From Alphaproteobacteria bacterium (GTDB lineage Bacteria; Pseudomonadota; Alphaproteobacteria; SMXQ01), in assembly GCA_038131655.1 (NCBI GenBank), contig JAYPPT010000004.1:56767-120766 (forward strand): a DNA stretch of 64,000 nt. The letters run 5' to 3'. Of the stretch, positions 1 through 10,987 are shown in pieces. The translations under genes and the position numbers were made by a program. The notes under the pieces are model-generated. The model was not told the DNA's origin and made no database searches. It saw nothing but the letters and a program-made list of their open reading frames with translations. Positions within the stretch are counted from its first letter, which is position 1. The number at the start of each line of letters is the position of its first letter.

Positions 1-596
1 TCCTGCAGCACCGTCGGCGCCACCTTGTAGGCGGCACCGTGCGCGCAATCGACGACGATCTTGAGACCATCCAGCCGCAACCCGCGCGGAAAGCTGGCCT
101 TGACGTACTCGATATAGCGCCCCGCCGCGTCGTCCAGACGCATGGCGCGGCCCAGATCGCAGGGGCTGGCCAGCAAGCCGTCGAAGCCTGCGTCCATGCG
201 CGCCTCGATCTGGCTTTCGACATCGTCGGAAAGCTTGAAGCCGGCGGGGCCGAACAGCTTGATGCCGTTATCCTGGTAGGGATTGTGGGAAGCCGAGATG
301 ACAACGCCGAGATCGGCGCGGAGCGAGCGCGTCAGCATCGCCACCGCCGGGGTCGGCAACGGCCCGACCAGCACCACGTCCATGCCGACGGAGATGAACC
401 CCGCCGTCAGCGCCGGTTCCAGCATGTATCCCGAAAGCCGCGTATCCTTGCCGATCACCACCCGGTGACGATGGGCGCCGCGGGTGAACTGCAATCCAGC
501 CGCCATGCCCGCCGCCAATGCCACATCGGCGGTCATGGGCGCCGTGTTGGCCGTGCCGCGAATGCCGTCGGTGCCGAAATACTTGCGTGATGCCAT
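1..596 (-). CDS. glmM: phosphoglucosamine mutase, N-terminal ~198 codons (gene runs out of the window at its 3-prime end)
   Basis: Hand translation of the minus strand from ATG 594-596 gives [18 protein letters not shown]. Further in, VVISASHNP (phosphoserine loop) is encoded around 283-309. It is absent from the ORF track because its stop lies outside the window. Track ORF 39..590(+) is its antisense shadow. Confidence 0.85.
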   Translation of the reverse strand, partial: MASRKYFGTDGIRGTANTAPMTADVALAAGMAAGLQFTRGAHRHRVVIGKDTRLSGYMLEPALTAGFISVGMDVVLVGPLPTPAVAMLTRSLRADLGVVISASHNPYQDNGIKLFGPAGFKLSDDVESQIEARMDAGFDGLLASPCDLGRAMRLDDAAGRYIEYVKASFPRGLRLDGLKIVVDCAHGAAYKVAPTVLQ

Positions 597-678
597 GCCG
601 TTCCCTTGGGGCCCCCTGACCGATACCGGCGGAGTGTAGCGGCTTCGCCGCCCGCGTGAAAGCGTCGGGGCCCGGGGA

Positions 679-1788
679 TCAGCCTTCGGAACCCGCTATT
701 CCTTCCCAGACGGCCAGCGCCTGGGCGGTATCGGCGCTGTCGTGGACGCGCACGATCTGGGCACCCTGCCCCACCGCCCACAGCATCGCCGCCAGCGACC
801 CCGGCATCCGCGCCTTGGGCGCCTCGATCCCGGCGAGATGACCGATGAAACTCTTGCGCGAGACCCCTACCAGCATGGCGCAGCCAAGCCCGTGAAACAG
901 CGCCAGATCGGCCAGCACCGCCATGTTGTGCGCCAGGCCCTTGCCGAAACCGATACCGGGATCGATGACGATACGGTCGCGTGGAATGCCCGCCTGCTCG
1001 CAAGCGATGATCCGCGCCGACAGGTAATCGAAGATTTCCGTGGGCGCATGGCCGTAGCTGGGCTTTTGCTGCATGGTCTTGGGATCGCCCTGGCAGTGCA
1101 TCAGGACGACCGGCACGCCCAGCTTGGCAACCATCGCCAGCGACTCTTCATCGTAGGTCAACGCCGAAATATCGTTCACAACCTGGGCACCGGCGCCAAC
1201 GGCGTCCTTCATCAACGACGCCTTGCGCGTATCGATGGAAATCGCCGCGCCGGGCCGCGCTTCATGCAATGCGCGAATGATCGGCAACACGCGGCGGCGC
1301 TCTTCATCGGAAGCAACGGGATCGGAACCGGGCCGCGTCGATTCGCCACCGATATCCAGGAAAGACGCCCCCGCGCGCACGTGTTCCAGCGCGCGCCGTG
1401 CCGCCGCTTCCGGCGTGGCAAAATCGCCGCCGTCGGAAAAGCTGTCGGGGGTCACGTTGACGATGCCCATGATGCGCGGGCGTTCAAGCGTGACGCCCGC
1501 AAAGTCGAGGCGCGGTTTGGTGATCCGATCAAGCAGCGAATCCACATGACGCCCGATTTCACGCCCCTGCTGGCGCGACCAAACCCGCAAATCCTCCAGC
1601 GGTGCGATGGCCCGCGCCATGTCGGCGCCCTTGCGGCTCATGATCTCAAGCGCATCGAACCCGGCCCAGCCACCGCCGACACGCGCGGTCATGCGCGCCG
1701 CAGGCGCCAGCACCGTCAGGGGACGGAGATAGAGATCATTGACCTCAAAAGCCTTGAGCTCACCGAGCGGCGTAAGCGTTGCTTCCAT
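679..1788 (-). CDS. folP: dihydropteroate synthase with ~95-aa N-terminal extension
   Basis: 369-aa ORF with the pterin-binding signature [16 protein letters not shown], plus [10 protein letters not shown] and GIGFGK motifs. The ftsH-folP-glmM order is common in proteobacteria. Confidence 0.85.
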   Translation of the reverse strand: MEATLTPLGELKAFEVNDLYLRPLTVLAPAARMTARVGGGWAGFDALEIMSRKGADMARAIAPLEDLRVWSRQQGREIGRHVDSLLDRITKPRLDFAGVTLERPRIMGIVNVTPDSFSDGGDFATPEAAARRALEHVRAGASFLDIGGESTRPGSDPVASDEERRRVLPIIRALHEARPGAAISIDTRKASLMKDAVGAGAQVVNDISALTYDEESLAMVAKLGVPVVLMHCQGDPKTMQQKPSYGHAPTEIFDYLSARIIACEQAGIPRDRIVIDPGIGFGKGLAHNMAVLADLALFHGLGCAMLVGVSRKSFIGHLAGIEAPKARMPGSLAAMLWAVGQGAQIVRVHDSADTAQALAVWEGIAGSEG

Positions 1789-1817
1789 TGATCCAGGGTC
1801 CCGCGAAAGCGGACAGA

Positions 1818-3738
1818 TCAGCCTTCGGGTTGCGGTTCGGGGGTGATCCCCGGCCCGGAACTGCCCTTCGGCTTGGGCTTGGCGCCGGAGGTCGGCACCG
1901 TGGAGCGGGTGCCCTGATCCTTGGGCGGCTCGTTGGATTCGCGCACGATGGTGCCGCCGTCAATCAGGGTTTTAACCTCATCGCCCGACAGCGTTTCATA
2001 TTCCAGCAAGGCCTGGGCAATGGCTCCCAGCTTGTCGTTGTTTTCACCGATAATCCTGCGAGCAGAGGACTCGCCCTCCTCGACCAGGGTGCGGATTTCC
2101 TCGTCAATCAGGGCCGCCGTCGCGTCGGAAGTGTTCTTGCGCTGGGTCACGGAATGGCCGAGGAACACCTCTTCCTCGTTGTCGGAATAACGCAGCGGGC
2201 CGAGCTTTTCGCTCATGCCCCATTCCGTCACCATGCGGCGGGCCAGGTTGGTCGCCTGGCGGATATCATCGCCGGCACCGGTGGTACGTTTTCGGCTCGA
2301 AGGTGAGCTCCTCGGCGACGCGGCCGCCGAACATCATCGCGATGCAGGAGGTCAGCTCAAGGCGCGAATAGCCGTAACGGTCCTTTTCCGGCAACGACAT
2401 GGTTACACCCAGCGCGCGGCCGCGCGGATGATGTTGACCTTGTGCAGCGGGTCGTGCTTGGGCGTGAACAACGCCACCAGCGCGTGACCCGCTTCGTGAT
2501 AGGCGGTGAGCTTCTTTTCATCCTCGGTCATCACCATGGAGCGGCGCTCGCTGCCCATCATGACCTTGTCCTTGGCCTCCTCCAGTTCGGCCATGGTGAC
2601 CATGCGCCGGCCCTTGCGCGCCGCCATCAGCGCCGATTCGTTGACCAGGTTGGCCAGATCCGCGCCGGAAAATCCGGGCGTGCCGCGGGCAATAACCTTG
2701 GCATCGACATCGGGGGCGAGGGGCACCTTGCGCATATGCACGCGGAGAATCTGTTCGCGGCCCAGAACGTCGGGATTGGGCACCACGACCTGGCGATCGA
2801 AGCGGCCGGGACGCAAAAGCGCCGGATCGAGCACATCGGGGCGGTTCGTCGCGGCGATCAGGATCACGCCTTCATTGGCTTCGAAGCCGTCCATTTCAAC
2901 CAGCAACTGGTTGGTCTATTCGCGCTCGTCATTGCCGCCGCCGGCCCGGCGCCGCGATGACGGCCGACAGCATCGATTTCGTCGATGAAGATGATGCAGA
3001 GCGCGTTCTTCTTGCCCTGTTCGAACATATCGCGCACCCGCGACACCGACGCCGACGAACATTTCGACGGAAGTCAGAGACAAATGGTGAAGAACGGCGC
3101 GTTGGCTTCGCCCGCAATGGCGCGCGCCAGCAGCGTCTTGCCCGTGCCAGCAGGCCGACCAGCAGAACGCCCTTCGGGATCTTGCCGCCGAGGCGCTGGA
3201 ACTTCTGCGGATCCTGGGAAATCACCACCTCTTCCAGTTCCTGCTTGGCTTCCTCGATGCCTGCGACATCTTCAAAGGTGACGCGACCGACCTTTTCGGT
3301 CAGCAGCTTGGCCCGCGACTTGCCGAATCCCATGGCCTTGCCGCCACCGGACTGCATTTGCCGCATGAAGAATATCCACACGCCGATCAAGAGCAGGATC
3401 GGGAACCACGACAGCAGAACACCGAGCAGCGACGGCGTGGATTCTTCCGGCGGCAGGGCGGATATGCGCACGCCCTGCTTGGTCAGCTTGTCCACCAGGT
3501 TCGGGTCATAGGGCGCATAGGTCGAAAACGCGCGGCCATCGGAGAAATGGCCCTGGATGTTCTGGCCCTGGATGGTGACATCGGCGACCTTGCCGCCCTC
3601 GACATTGCCGAGGAATTCCGAGAATGCGACCCGGCTCTGCGGACCGCCGGAATTGGGCGACTGGAACAGGTTGAACACGGCGATCAGCAGAAGCCCGATA
3701 ATCACCCAAAGTGCCAAGTTACGACCGAACTGATTCAC
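1818..3738 (-). pseudogene. ftsH: ATP-dependent zinc metalloprotease FtsH, reading frame interrupted at least 5 times (true pseudogene or sequence error)
   Basis: Track fragments 2929..3738 (N-terminal TM and periplasmic part up to KGVLLVG), 2864..3046 ([28 protein letters not shown]), 2403..2906 ([36 protein letters not shown]) and 1818..2234 (MVTEWGMSEKLGPL... C-terminus). Together they tile a complete FtsH in different frames. Confidence 0.85.
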
Positions 3739-3821
3739 GCCCCATTCCTTCTGCTGCCGCCGGGGACCGGCGGGGTTTCCGCATTGAAAACGGTGGGAGC
3801 TAAAATCTCCCTAAGAGTGCC

Positions 3822-5185
3822 CTATAGATAGTGTCGGGGGGCTTCCCAAACAAGCGCCCAAAGATGCCGGCACGCGCGGCCCCGCGAGAGGTTCCGCCAC
3901 CAGCGGCCTGACTTCAATGATTTTGAGGGTAGCAGCCCCCCTTGATACAGGTCCATAGCCGATGTGCGGCACCTGAACCGGCCCGAAACGCCCGAAAAGC
4001 GCGGGCAGCGTGGCCTCACGGGCACCGGGATAGCCTGGGCCCGGGGCCCTGCAGCCAGTTCCGGGGCGCGACAGGCAGGGCGCGCCAGCCAGAAATGCCG
4101 AGCGCGCCGACCCGGTACCCTGTCCCTGGCCCCGCAGACGCGGGAAAAAGAACGTCCATCCCAGGAAAACGTCCCGGCACGGACGCGCAGGCTATCGGCC
4201 TGGGCCGAGGTTCGCGGCACACCAGCAGCCCACTGGGACCATCGGGCAACACCCTGCAACCGCCGAGCGTCGCGCCCGTGAAATCGCGTCGCGCCAGGGC
4301 ATCGAACAATTCAGGCCAGGCGTTCCCGGCGCGGCGCGAAGGGGCGCGCCGGAAACCGCGCCGATTCGCGGGCCAGGCCTTGTTGGCGCTTCTTCGGTAA
4401 CGCCATCGCAAAATGCCCGGCGATCGAGACACATAAAACCCGCCGGGTGAGGCCGCACCGCCACGGCCAGACGCCGCGCCAGCCTGTCATCGAGCCTCCG
4501 CCGAACGGTGGCGAAGCGCGCCGCCAGCGCCGCCATGTCGGCCCCCTCCATCCCGGCGTCGGTCATTTTGTGGCATCAGGGCGCGCAGGCGCACCCGGGC
4601 ATAGGTGCTATCGCGGTTGGAAGGATCTTCGAGGTCCAATCCTGGCCACGGCTCAGGGTCGCCTCCAACGCTGCTCGCGGTCGAAGCCGAGCAAGGGGCC
4701 GGAGCAGGCGCACCCAGGTCAGTTCGCGTACCGGGCTCATGGCGGAAGGCCACGGGGCCCCGAATGCGCCGCCGGGCGCAGCAGGAAGGTTTCCGCTGAT
4801 CGCCCCGGTGATGGGCGGTGAGCAGGTGCAACGCCGTTGCCGGCACCAGTCTTCAAAGCAGGCCGTACCGCGCCGCTTCCGGGCACAGGCCTGCGGGGAC
4901 CCGCCCCTTCGCCCCTGCGCCCCTTGCCACACCAGGGTGCGATGCCGTGATGCCCGCCGCCGCGAGCCAGCGATGGACTTGCCGGGCTTCCAGCTTTGCA
5001 GCGGGCCGCAGGCGATGATCGACGGTCAGCGCCGTGACACTTGTCCGCCCGCATGGATGCCCAGCGCGCCGCCAGCAACGCCAATGCCATGCTATCGGCG
5101 CCACCCGATACCGCCACCCAAGATGGGGTCGCGGCTCGAACAGGCCGAGCGCCGCCATCGCGGCGGCAAAGGCACGCGCCGTCAC
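3822..5185 (-). pseudogene. tilS: tRNA(Ile)-lysidine synthase TilS, multiply frameshifted; 3-prime end approximate
   Basis: Fragments 4853..5185 (MTARAF...TALTVDHRLRP), the 4737..5393 frame (VAVSGGADSMALALLAARWA, a PP-loop SGGxDS), 4192..4566, 4016..4432 (TLGGCRVLPDG..LLVCREP) and 3822..4259. Its position between cpoB and ftsH is conserved in alphaproteobacteria. Confidence 0.6.
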
Positions 5186-5257
5186 GGGCGCACCGAAGAT
5201 GACGGGAAGTCGCGGAGACGATGCAGACGGAGATGCGGGGCCGACACGAGGCGGCGC

Positions 5258-6207
5258 CTAGCCGGCAGCAGGTTTCTTGCGCTCCGCCGCGGCACGGGAC
5301 TTGATCGCCGCCGATGCGTCGGGAAATCCTTCGCCACCGTGCGAAGGTCTTGCACACTGGCGGTCTTTTTGAGGTTGGCGAGCGACAGGCCAAGCGAGCA
5401 GGTTGTCCGGCCCCTTCGCGCTTTCGAGATTCCTTGTAGCCCTGGGCAAAGGCAGCGCCGCATTGCCGTAATCGCCGCGCACGTGATGGCTTTCACCCAG
5501 CCAGTACTGGGCATTCCCGGCGAGCGGGTGCTTGCCGTGCGCCGCCAGGAAGGCGTTCAACGCCTGCTCGGCCCGGGTCCAGTCGGAACGGGCAAGAAGG
5601 AGATGTCGCGAACTGGTACTGCTCTTGCGCCGTACCCTTGGGCAGGATCGATTGGGCTTCTGCGGCAGGCTTAGGCGCTATCCGGCGCCGCCAGGGCGCC
5701 TGACCGACGCCGCTCTTGGCCACATCCTTCAGCGACAACGTGCCCAACACACCCGGCTTGGCCGGCGCAGGCGGCGGTGGCGGCGCGCCGCTCAGCGGTG
5801 GCAGCACCGTCGCCGGAGCGCCGGGCGCAGCGATTGGAAGCGTACTTCGATATCGCCGCTCAACGCCTCAGGCTTCGTCAGCCCGCTGATCGCGTGATTG
5901 GTTTCCTCAAGCCTGCCGGTAAAGGTCCGCATCTGGGTCTCGATCTCGTCGAGGCGAACCTGCATGGCGGCGGCAAGGTTGGAACCGCCGGGCAACGGCG
6001 CCGAGGCCAGATCCTCAGTCGGCGCCGCCGAAAGGCCGCCGTCTCCCCGATACGAACGCGGCGCTGGCAATTCATGTCGCGTTGAAGACGCTCGATACGC
6101 TGCAACAGGGACTGGATTTCGGGACTGGCGGCTGCCTGGGCGCGGGCACCTGGAAGGCCAGCCAGCGACAACATGAACGCCACCATCGCCCCAGCGCCCC
6201 AGCGCAT
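5258..6207 (-). pseudogene. cpoB: cell division coordinator CpoB/YbgF (Tol-Pal associated TPR protein), frameshifted
   Basis: N-terminal signal peptide and coiled coil in 5878..6207 (MRWGAGAMVAFMLSLAGLPGARAQ...QSLLQRIERLQRD). C-terminal TPR part in 5258..5560 (HPLAGNAQYWLGESHHVRGDYGNAA). It lies directly downstream of pal. Confidence 0.65.
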
Positions 6208-6349
6208 CAGCGTGCGAGAGGAATAACCCGGGATCGAAAGTTTCCATGGTCTTCAGCATGTCAGAATTCTAGACATAAATAAGGCGCCCGCCTATCCCGC
6301 GACACTAAGGCAGGACGGGCGACGCCGAGTAAAGCACGAAACCGTGGCG

Positions 6350-6844
6350 TCAGCTGCCGACGGAGTTGACGACGGTCACACCGCGGCGGTCTGCGACCAC
6401 GCGGCCTCGTTCCGAGCCGGTGACGGCAGGACGTTCCTTGCCGTAGGGGATCGTCTTGATGCGGTTCGGATTGACACCGAGCGCAACGAAGATAATTCTT
6501 CACAGAGTTAGCGCGACGCTCGCCGAGGGCGAGTTGTATTCGCGCGTGCCACGTTCGTCACAGGTGACCTTCGACGGTCACGGTAACGGACAAATTTCTT
6601 CAACCAGGTCGCCTGGCGCTGCAAGGCATCGCGCGACTGAGGCTTCAGGTTGTATTTGTCGAAATCGAAGAACACGCGGTCCCGACGTTGACAACGAAAT
6701 CCTCGGCAGAACCGGAGCGCGGTCCCGGCGGCGAAGAAGCACCAGACCCGCCGGAGCCGGAAGCACCACCGGAACCCTGGGTCGACGTCTCGCATGCAGC
6801 GAGGAGCAAAGCGCGGCCAACACGCTAACAAATCGCAGAGCCAT
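6350..6844 (-). pseudogene. pal: peptidoglycan-associated lipoprotein Pal, frameshifted
   Basis: 6578..6844 gives MALRFVSVLAALCSS (lipobox-like). 6508..6981 contains VFFDFDKYNLKPQSRDALQRQATWLKKF (OmpA-like domain). Hand translation of 6350-6470 gives PNRIKTIPYGKERPAVTGSE...VTVVNSVGS followed by a stop. Confidence 0.75.
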
Positions 6845-7037
6845 TTTATTATTCCCTCAGTGGAAAAAGCCGGGCAGTTACGGGCCCACGACCTTGGCAG
6901 GCCCCGGTAATGTCGTTTGAAACCATTAACACCAAGTAAGGTACTGATTTTATGGTTAACGGGAAACACTATAGAACACAATGCGCTAGCTTACAACAGA
7001 GCGTCTCCGGACAGACAAAAAACCGTCCCTCGGACGC

Positions 7038-8415
7038 TTATTCAGGGATCAGGGGCGACCACGCGGGGTCAGGCATCAGTGGGGGTGACGATTTCGCGCT
7101 CGTTATAACCGGTGATGTCTATGGAATAGAGCTTGCTGGAGCGCCCCGGCCCTGATCATCCGCCAGAGTCTGGCGGAAAAACATCAGAACCCGCCCGTTG
7201 GGGGCCCAGGTCGGCCCTCGACCAGGAAGCTTTCCGTCGGCAGTCGCTCGCCGGTGCCGTCCGTCCGCATCACACCGATGAAAAAGCGACCCTGCGCAGC
7301 TTGGTGAAGGCAATCAGGTCGCCGCGCGGCAGCCAGACCGAGGTGCCGTACCGGCCCTTGCCGAAGAAATGCGCCGGACGTTACTGCCGTCGCCGTTCAT
7401 CACGTGAGATCTGCTGGCTGCCGCCGCGATCGGATTCGAACGTCACCTGGCGCCCGTCAGGCGGAAATACGACGGCGAGGTATCGATGGCCGGATGATTG
7501 GTCAGCCGCCGCACCCGCCGGGTGCGCAAGTCAGGGTGAAGATATCGAATTGCCGTTCTGGGCCATGGACATAAGATCACCCGGTTGCCGTCGGGGGAAA
7601 ACCGCGGCGCGAAGGTCATGCCGGAAATCGCCGACGACTTCCTGTTGCCCGGTCTCGATATTGAGCAAGTAAACGCGCGGATTGTTGCCCGTAGTACGAC
7701 AGGTAGGTAATTTCCTGGGCCGTCGGCGAAAAGCGCGGCGTTAGCACCAGGTGCGAGCCATCGGTCAGGAAACGCAGGTTGCGACCATCCCTGATCCATG
7801 ATCGAAAGCCGCTTGATGCGGCGTTTTCCAGGCCGGTTTCTGAAATGAACACGACACGGGTATAGAAATAACCGTCTTCACCGGTAATGCGTTTGTAAAT
7901 CGCGTCGGAAATGATGTGCGCAACCCGGCGCCAGTTTTCCGAGCAGGGTGAAATAAGGCCAGTCCCATCATTTGCTGTTCGGCGAACGTCCCACAATCGG
8001 AACTCGAGCCGCAACACGCCGTCCCGCCTGCATATGGGCGGCGCCCGAGCACCAGCGCCTGCGCGCTGATCACGCGCCAGTCGGCGAACCGGGGCTGCAG
8101 GCGCAGCGCTTCCGGCTTCTGGATGAAGGCCTTGGGATCGATGGGACGAAACAAGCCCGAGGACTGGAGATCGCGGGAAATGACCTCGGTCACCTTGCGG
8201 CCGAGGTCGGTCTCTTGCTCGTTCGTCCCCAGGAAATCGGTGATCGCCACCGGCATCGGCTCGACCTTGCCGCGAGTGATGTCGATGCGCAGTTCCGCCC
8301 GAGCCGGCAGCGCCGCCATGCACGCCAGCACCCATATACCCATGAGCGCCATGAACCGGGCCGACAGCCCGAACAGGCTGCGATGTCTCGGATACTCTTG
8401 ATTGATATACGTCAT
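7038..8415 (-). pseudogene. tolB: Tol-Pal system beta-propeller protein TolB, frameshifted at least 4 times
   Basis: 7765..8415 (N-terminus ...AELRIDITRGKVEPMPVAITDF), 7616..8335 (HIISDAIYKRITGEDGYFYTRVVFISETG...RNLRFLTDGSHLVLTPRFSP), 7443..7799 (FAPRFSPDGNRV), 7119..7313. The C-terminus LYSIDITGYNEREIVTPTDA runs into a stop that a 1-nt insertion near 7070 would convert to ...ASDPAWSPLIPE followed by a stop. Confidence 0.85.
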
Positions 8416-8449
8416 GTCCCCGCGCTCTTAGGATTGTTGTGTGGCCGAA

Positions 8450-9325
8450 TTATGACCCAGCCGCTCGCTTGGGATTGAAATCGAGGACCATTTCCTTGAA
8501 CTGGTCATACTTTTTAGGCGGAATCGGCAATGGGCTGCAACGGGGATTGAGTACCGCGCGTAATGCGCTCTCCGCTGCCGTCCGGAAAAAAGGCTCACTC
8601 ATCCGGCCCTGATCAAGGATGCGCGCATCGCGCACCTGCCCATCGGGATTGACCCAAACCCTTATGGAAACCACCAGTTTATCGGCATCCCGCGCGCCCG
8701 CGGGGATGACCCAGCACTGTTCTATCCGGTGGCGAATCGCGTCGATTTCCGACATCGTGGCGACCGCATCAAGGGGGGCCTGATTCTGCACAACCTTTTC
8801 CTGGGGCGCGGGCGGCGTCTTTTCCGGCTTGTCCTTTTGCGGCGTGCCGCGCTCCTCCGGCGCGACATCGCGCAGGACGGATTGCAGGAAATCGTCCTTT
8901 GGCGCCAGCGGCCGACGCTTGGGCCGGGCCTTGGCGATGGCCCTGGGAGGCGGTGGCGGGCGGGTATCGGCTTTCTTTTTCGGTTTGGGCTTCGGCTTCG
9001 CCTTTGCCTTGGGCTTGATCAACGGCACCTTTTCCGCCTTGGAGCGCGGTTGCTCAGCCAGTTCGGGCGGTGGCGGCGGTGGCGGACGATCAGCGCTGCG
9101 CGGCGGCGCCGGTGGCGGCGGCGTTTTCTCCTTCACCGGCTTTTTCTTTTTTTCCGCCCGCTTGGGCTGTTCCTTCGAGCGGGTCTGATCGTCGATCTTC
9201 ACCATTTCGACGATCATCGGCGCGTCGCTCAGATGCGTGCTGTCCCACAGCCGGGGCAGCCCGAAGATCGCCAGCACCAGCACCAGGAGGTGCAGGCCGG
9301 CCGACCATATGAGCGAACGACGCAT
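8450..9325 (-). CDS. tolA: Tol-Pal system protein TolA (N-terminal TM anchor, Pro/Lys-rich spacer, TonB/TolA C-terminal domain)
   Basis: 291-aa intact ORF. It has the TM helix LHLLVLVLAIFGLP and a long PPPPAP/KPKPKPK low-complexity region. It sits between tolR and tolB. Confidence 0.7.
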   Translation of the reverse strand: MRRSLIWSAGLHLLVLVLAIFGLPRLWDSTHLSDAPMIVEMVKIDDQTRSKEQPKRAEKKKKPVKEKTPPPPAPPRSADRPPPPPPPELAEQPRSKAEKVPLIKPKAKAKPKPKPKKKADTRPPPPPRAIAKARPKRRPLAPKDDFLQSVLRDVAPEERGTPQKDKPEKTPPAPQEKVVQNQAPLDAVATMSEIDAIRHRIEQCWVIPAGARDADKLVVSIRVWVNPDGQVRDARILDQGRMSEPFFRTAAESALRAVLNPRCSPLPIPPKKYDQFKEMVLDFNPKRAAGS

Positions 9326-9336
9326 GTGCCCCCGTC

Positions 9337-9792
9337 CTAGCGGCGCGAACCGGCGGTGCCCGAATTAGGCAGCTCCGCGATCAGCGCAACCCGCGTGAAG
9401 CCCGCGGCACTAACCGTGCCCATGACCTCGACAACACGCCCATAGACGACCGCGCGGTCGCCGCGCACGAAGATACGCGTATCGGGCTTGTTGCCGGTAA
9501 TCGCCCGCAGGCGCGGCACCAATGTCGCCATCTCCAGCTCGGTCTCCTGCAGGAAAATCTTGCCCGCGCGATTGACGCTGATGACCAGCGGCTCATCCTG
9601 ACCGGTGATCACGGTGGCCTGGGTCTTGGGCAAGTCCACCGGCACGCCGACGGTCAGCAACGGTGCCGTCACCATGAAAATGATCAGCAGCACCAGCATC
9701 ACATCGACGAAGGGCGTGACGTTGATCTCGCTCATCGGCGCGCGGCGCGCGCCACGTCCCCCGCGCCGGGGCGGGATGATCGCGCCTGCCAT
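9337..9792 (-). CDS. tolR: Tol-Pal system protein TolR (ExbD/TolR family)
   Basis: 151 aa with the typical MSEINVTPFVDVMLVLLIIFMV TM segment. It abuts the tolQ stop. Confidence 0.8.
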   Translation of the reverse strand: MAGAIIPPRRGGRGARRAPMSEINVTPFVDVMLVLLIIFMVTAPLLTVGVPVDLPKTQATVITGQDEPLVISVNRAGKIFLQETELEMATLVPRLRAITGNKPDTRIFVRGDRAVVYGRVVEVMGTVSAAGFTRVALIAELPNSGTAGSRR

Positions 9793-10530
9793 TTACGACT
9801 TCTCCTGCAATTGCCGCGACAGGATGGACGTGAAATCGTTGATGAAACCTTCCATGCGGCCCGCGTAGCGCCCAAGGTCGGTGGAGAACTTGTTATAGGC
9901 CAGCACCGCCGGGATCGCCGCGACAAGGCCGAGCGCCGTCGCGAACAGGGCTTCGGCAATACCCGGCGCCACCACCGCCAGCGAAGTGTTCTTGCTGACC
10001 GCGATGGCCTGAAACGAATTCATGATGCCCCAGACCGTGCCGAACAGCCCGACGAAGGGCGCGGTGGAGCCGACCGAGGCGAGGAAGATCATGTGCCGCT
10101 CGAGCCGCTCATTCTCCCGCGCCATGGTGGTCGTCATCACCCGCTCGATCCGCGCTTGCAACGCCTCGCGCGCGGCATCGGAGGTCAAAAGGCCCTTCTC
10201 CGTCGAACGTCGCCACTCGCGCATGGCGGCGGAAAACAGGCTTTCCATCGGATCGCCGGGCTGACCGCCGATCTTTTCGTGAAGTTGCTCCAGCGATCCC
10301 CCGGCCCAAAACACATCCTCGAACTGGGTGGCATCGGCCTCGATCCTGCGGATGCGCCGGAACTTCTCGAAAATAATGGCCCAGCACCAGAACGATGCGG
10401 CAATGAGAATGATCATGACCAGCTTGACGATAATGTCGGCGCGCATGAACAAATGCACGATCGACATGCTCACATCCGCCTGCCCCCCGAGGGAAACGGC
10501 TTCAATCGCAGCAGACTCCATGTTCTCCAA
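9793..10530 (-). CDS. tolQ: Tol-Pal system protein TolQ (MotA/TolQ/ExbB proton channel)
   Basis: 245 aa, three TM segments. The C-terminal motif SVGSTAPFVGLFGTVWGIMNSF...GIAEALFATALGLVAAIPAV is canonical for TolQ/ExbB. Confidence 0.85.
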   Translation of the reverse strand: MENMESAAIEAVSLGGQADVSMSIVHLFMRADIIVKLVMIILIAASFWCWAIIFEKFRRIRRIEADATQFEDVFWAGGSLEQLHEKIGGQPGDPMESLFSAAMREWRRSTEKGLLTSDAAREALQARIERVMTTTMARENERLERHMIFLASVGSTAPFVGLFGTVWGIMNSFQAIAVSKNTSLAVVAPGIAEALFATALGLVAAIPAVLAYNKFSTDLGRYAGRMEGFINDFTSILSRQLQEKS

Positions 10531-10561
10531 ACCTTTCCAGTATCACGTCGTTTTTTTTAAT

Positions 10562-10987
10562 TCAGGCCATCGCGAAGGCTCGCGCCGCGGCTTCCGGCAA
10601 GCGCGTCGCCCGTCCCCGCCCGTTCACGCAAGCGATCTGCACCATCATGCGCACCAGAACGTCATCGCCCCGGCGCACCACTTGTTCCATATCCACCGAC
10701 GCGCCGCGCGCAGTCGTCACGCGGGTCACGACCTCAAGCCGGTCATCAAGCCGCGCCGGGGCGAGATATTCCGCCTCCACCCGGCGCACGGCGAAGACCT
10801 GACCGGTTTCCGCCGCCAGGATCCGCTGATCGATACCGGCGGCGCGCAACAGTTCGGTACGCGCACGCTCGGCAAAGCGCAGGTAGTTGGCGTAATAGAC
10901 GATGCCACCCGCATCGGTGTCTTCCCAGTAAACCGTAACCGGAAAAACATGGTGTTCCAGGGAAGCAGCCGATTGCGGCGCTGTCAT
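10562..10987 (-). CDS. ybgC: Tol-Pal associated acyl-CoA thioesterase (YbgC/4HBT family)
   Basis: 141 aa with the hot-dog fold signature [25 protein letters not shown]. It lies directly upstream of tolQ and has a 4-nt overlap with the ruvB stop. Confidence 0.75.
   Translation of the reverse strand: MTAPQSAASLEHHVFPVTVYWEDTDAGGIVYYANYLRFAERARTELLRAAGIDQRILAAETGQVFAVRRVEAEYLAPARLDDRLEVVTRVTTARGASVDMEQVVRRGDDVLVRMMVQIACVNGRGRATRLPEAAARAFAMA

Noticed and set aside
39-590. 183-aa plus-strand ORF at the window start
   Set aside because: It is the antisense shadow of glmM. The minus strand gives a textbook GlmM N-terminus ([14 protein letters not shown]...SASHNP), whereas the plus ORF is Arg/Ala/Gly-rich with no motif.
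742-1791. 349-aa plus-strand ORF overlapping folP
   Set aside because: It is antisense to a clearly recognisable dihydropteroate synthase. Its composition (R, H, G, D runs) is typical of GC-rich shadow ORFs.
8829-9188. Repetitive-looking DNA in tolA (also 30400-30560 in the OmpA-like gene) considered as tandem repeat or CRISPR
   Set aside because: The repeats are in-frame Pro/Lys/Ala low-complexity coding sequence (PPPP, KPKPK). They have no regular repeat-spacer periodicity.
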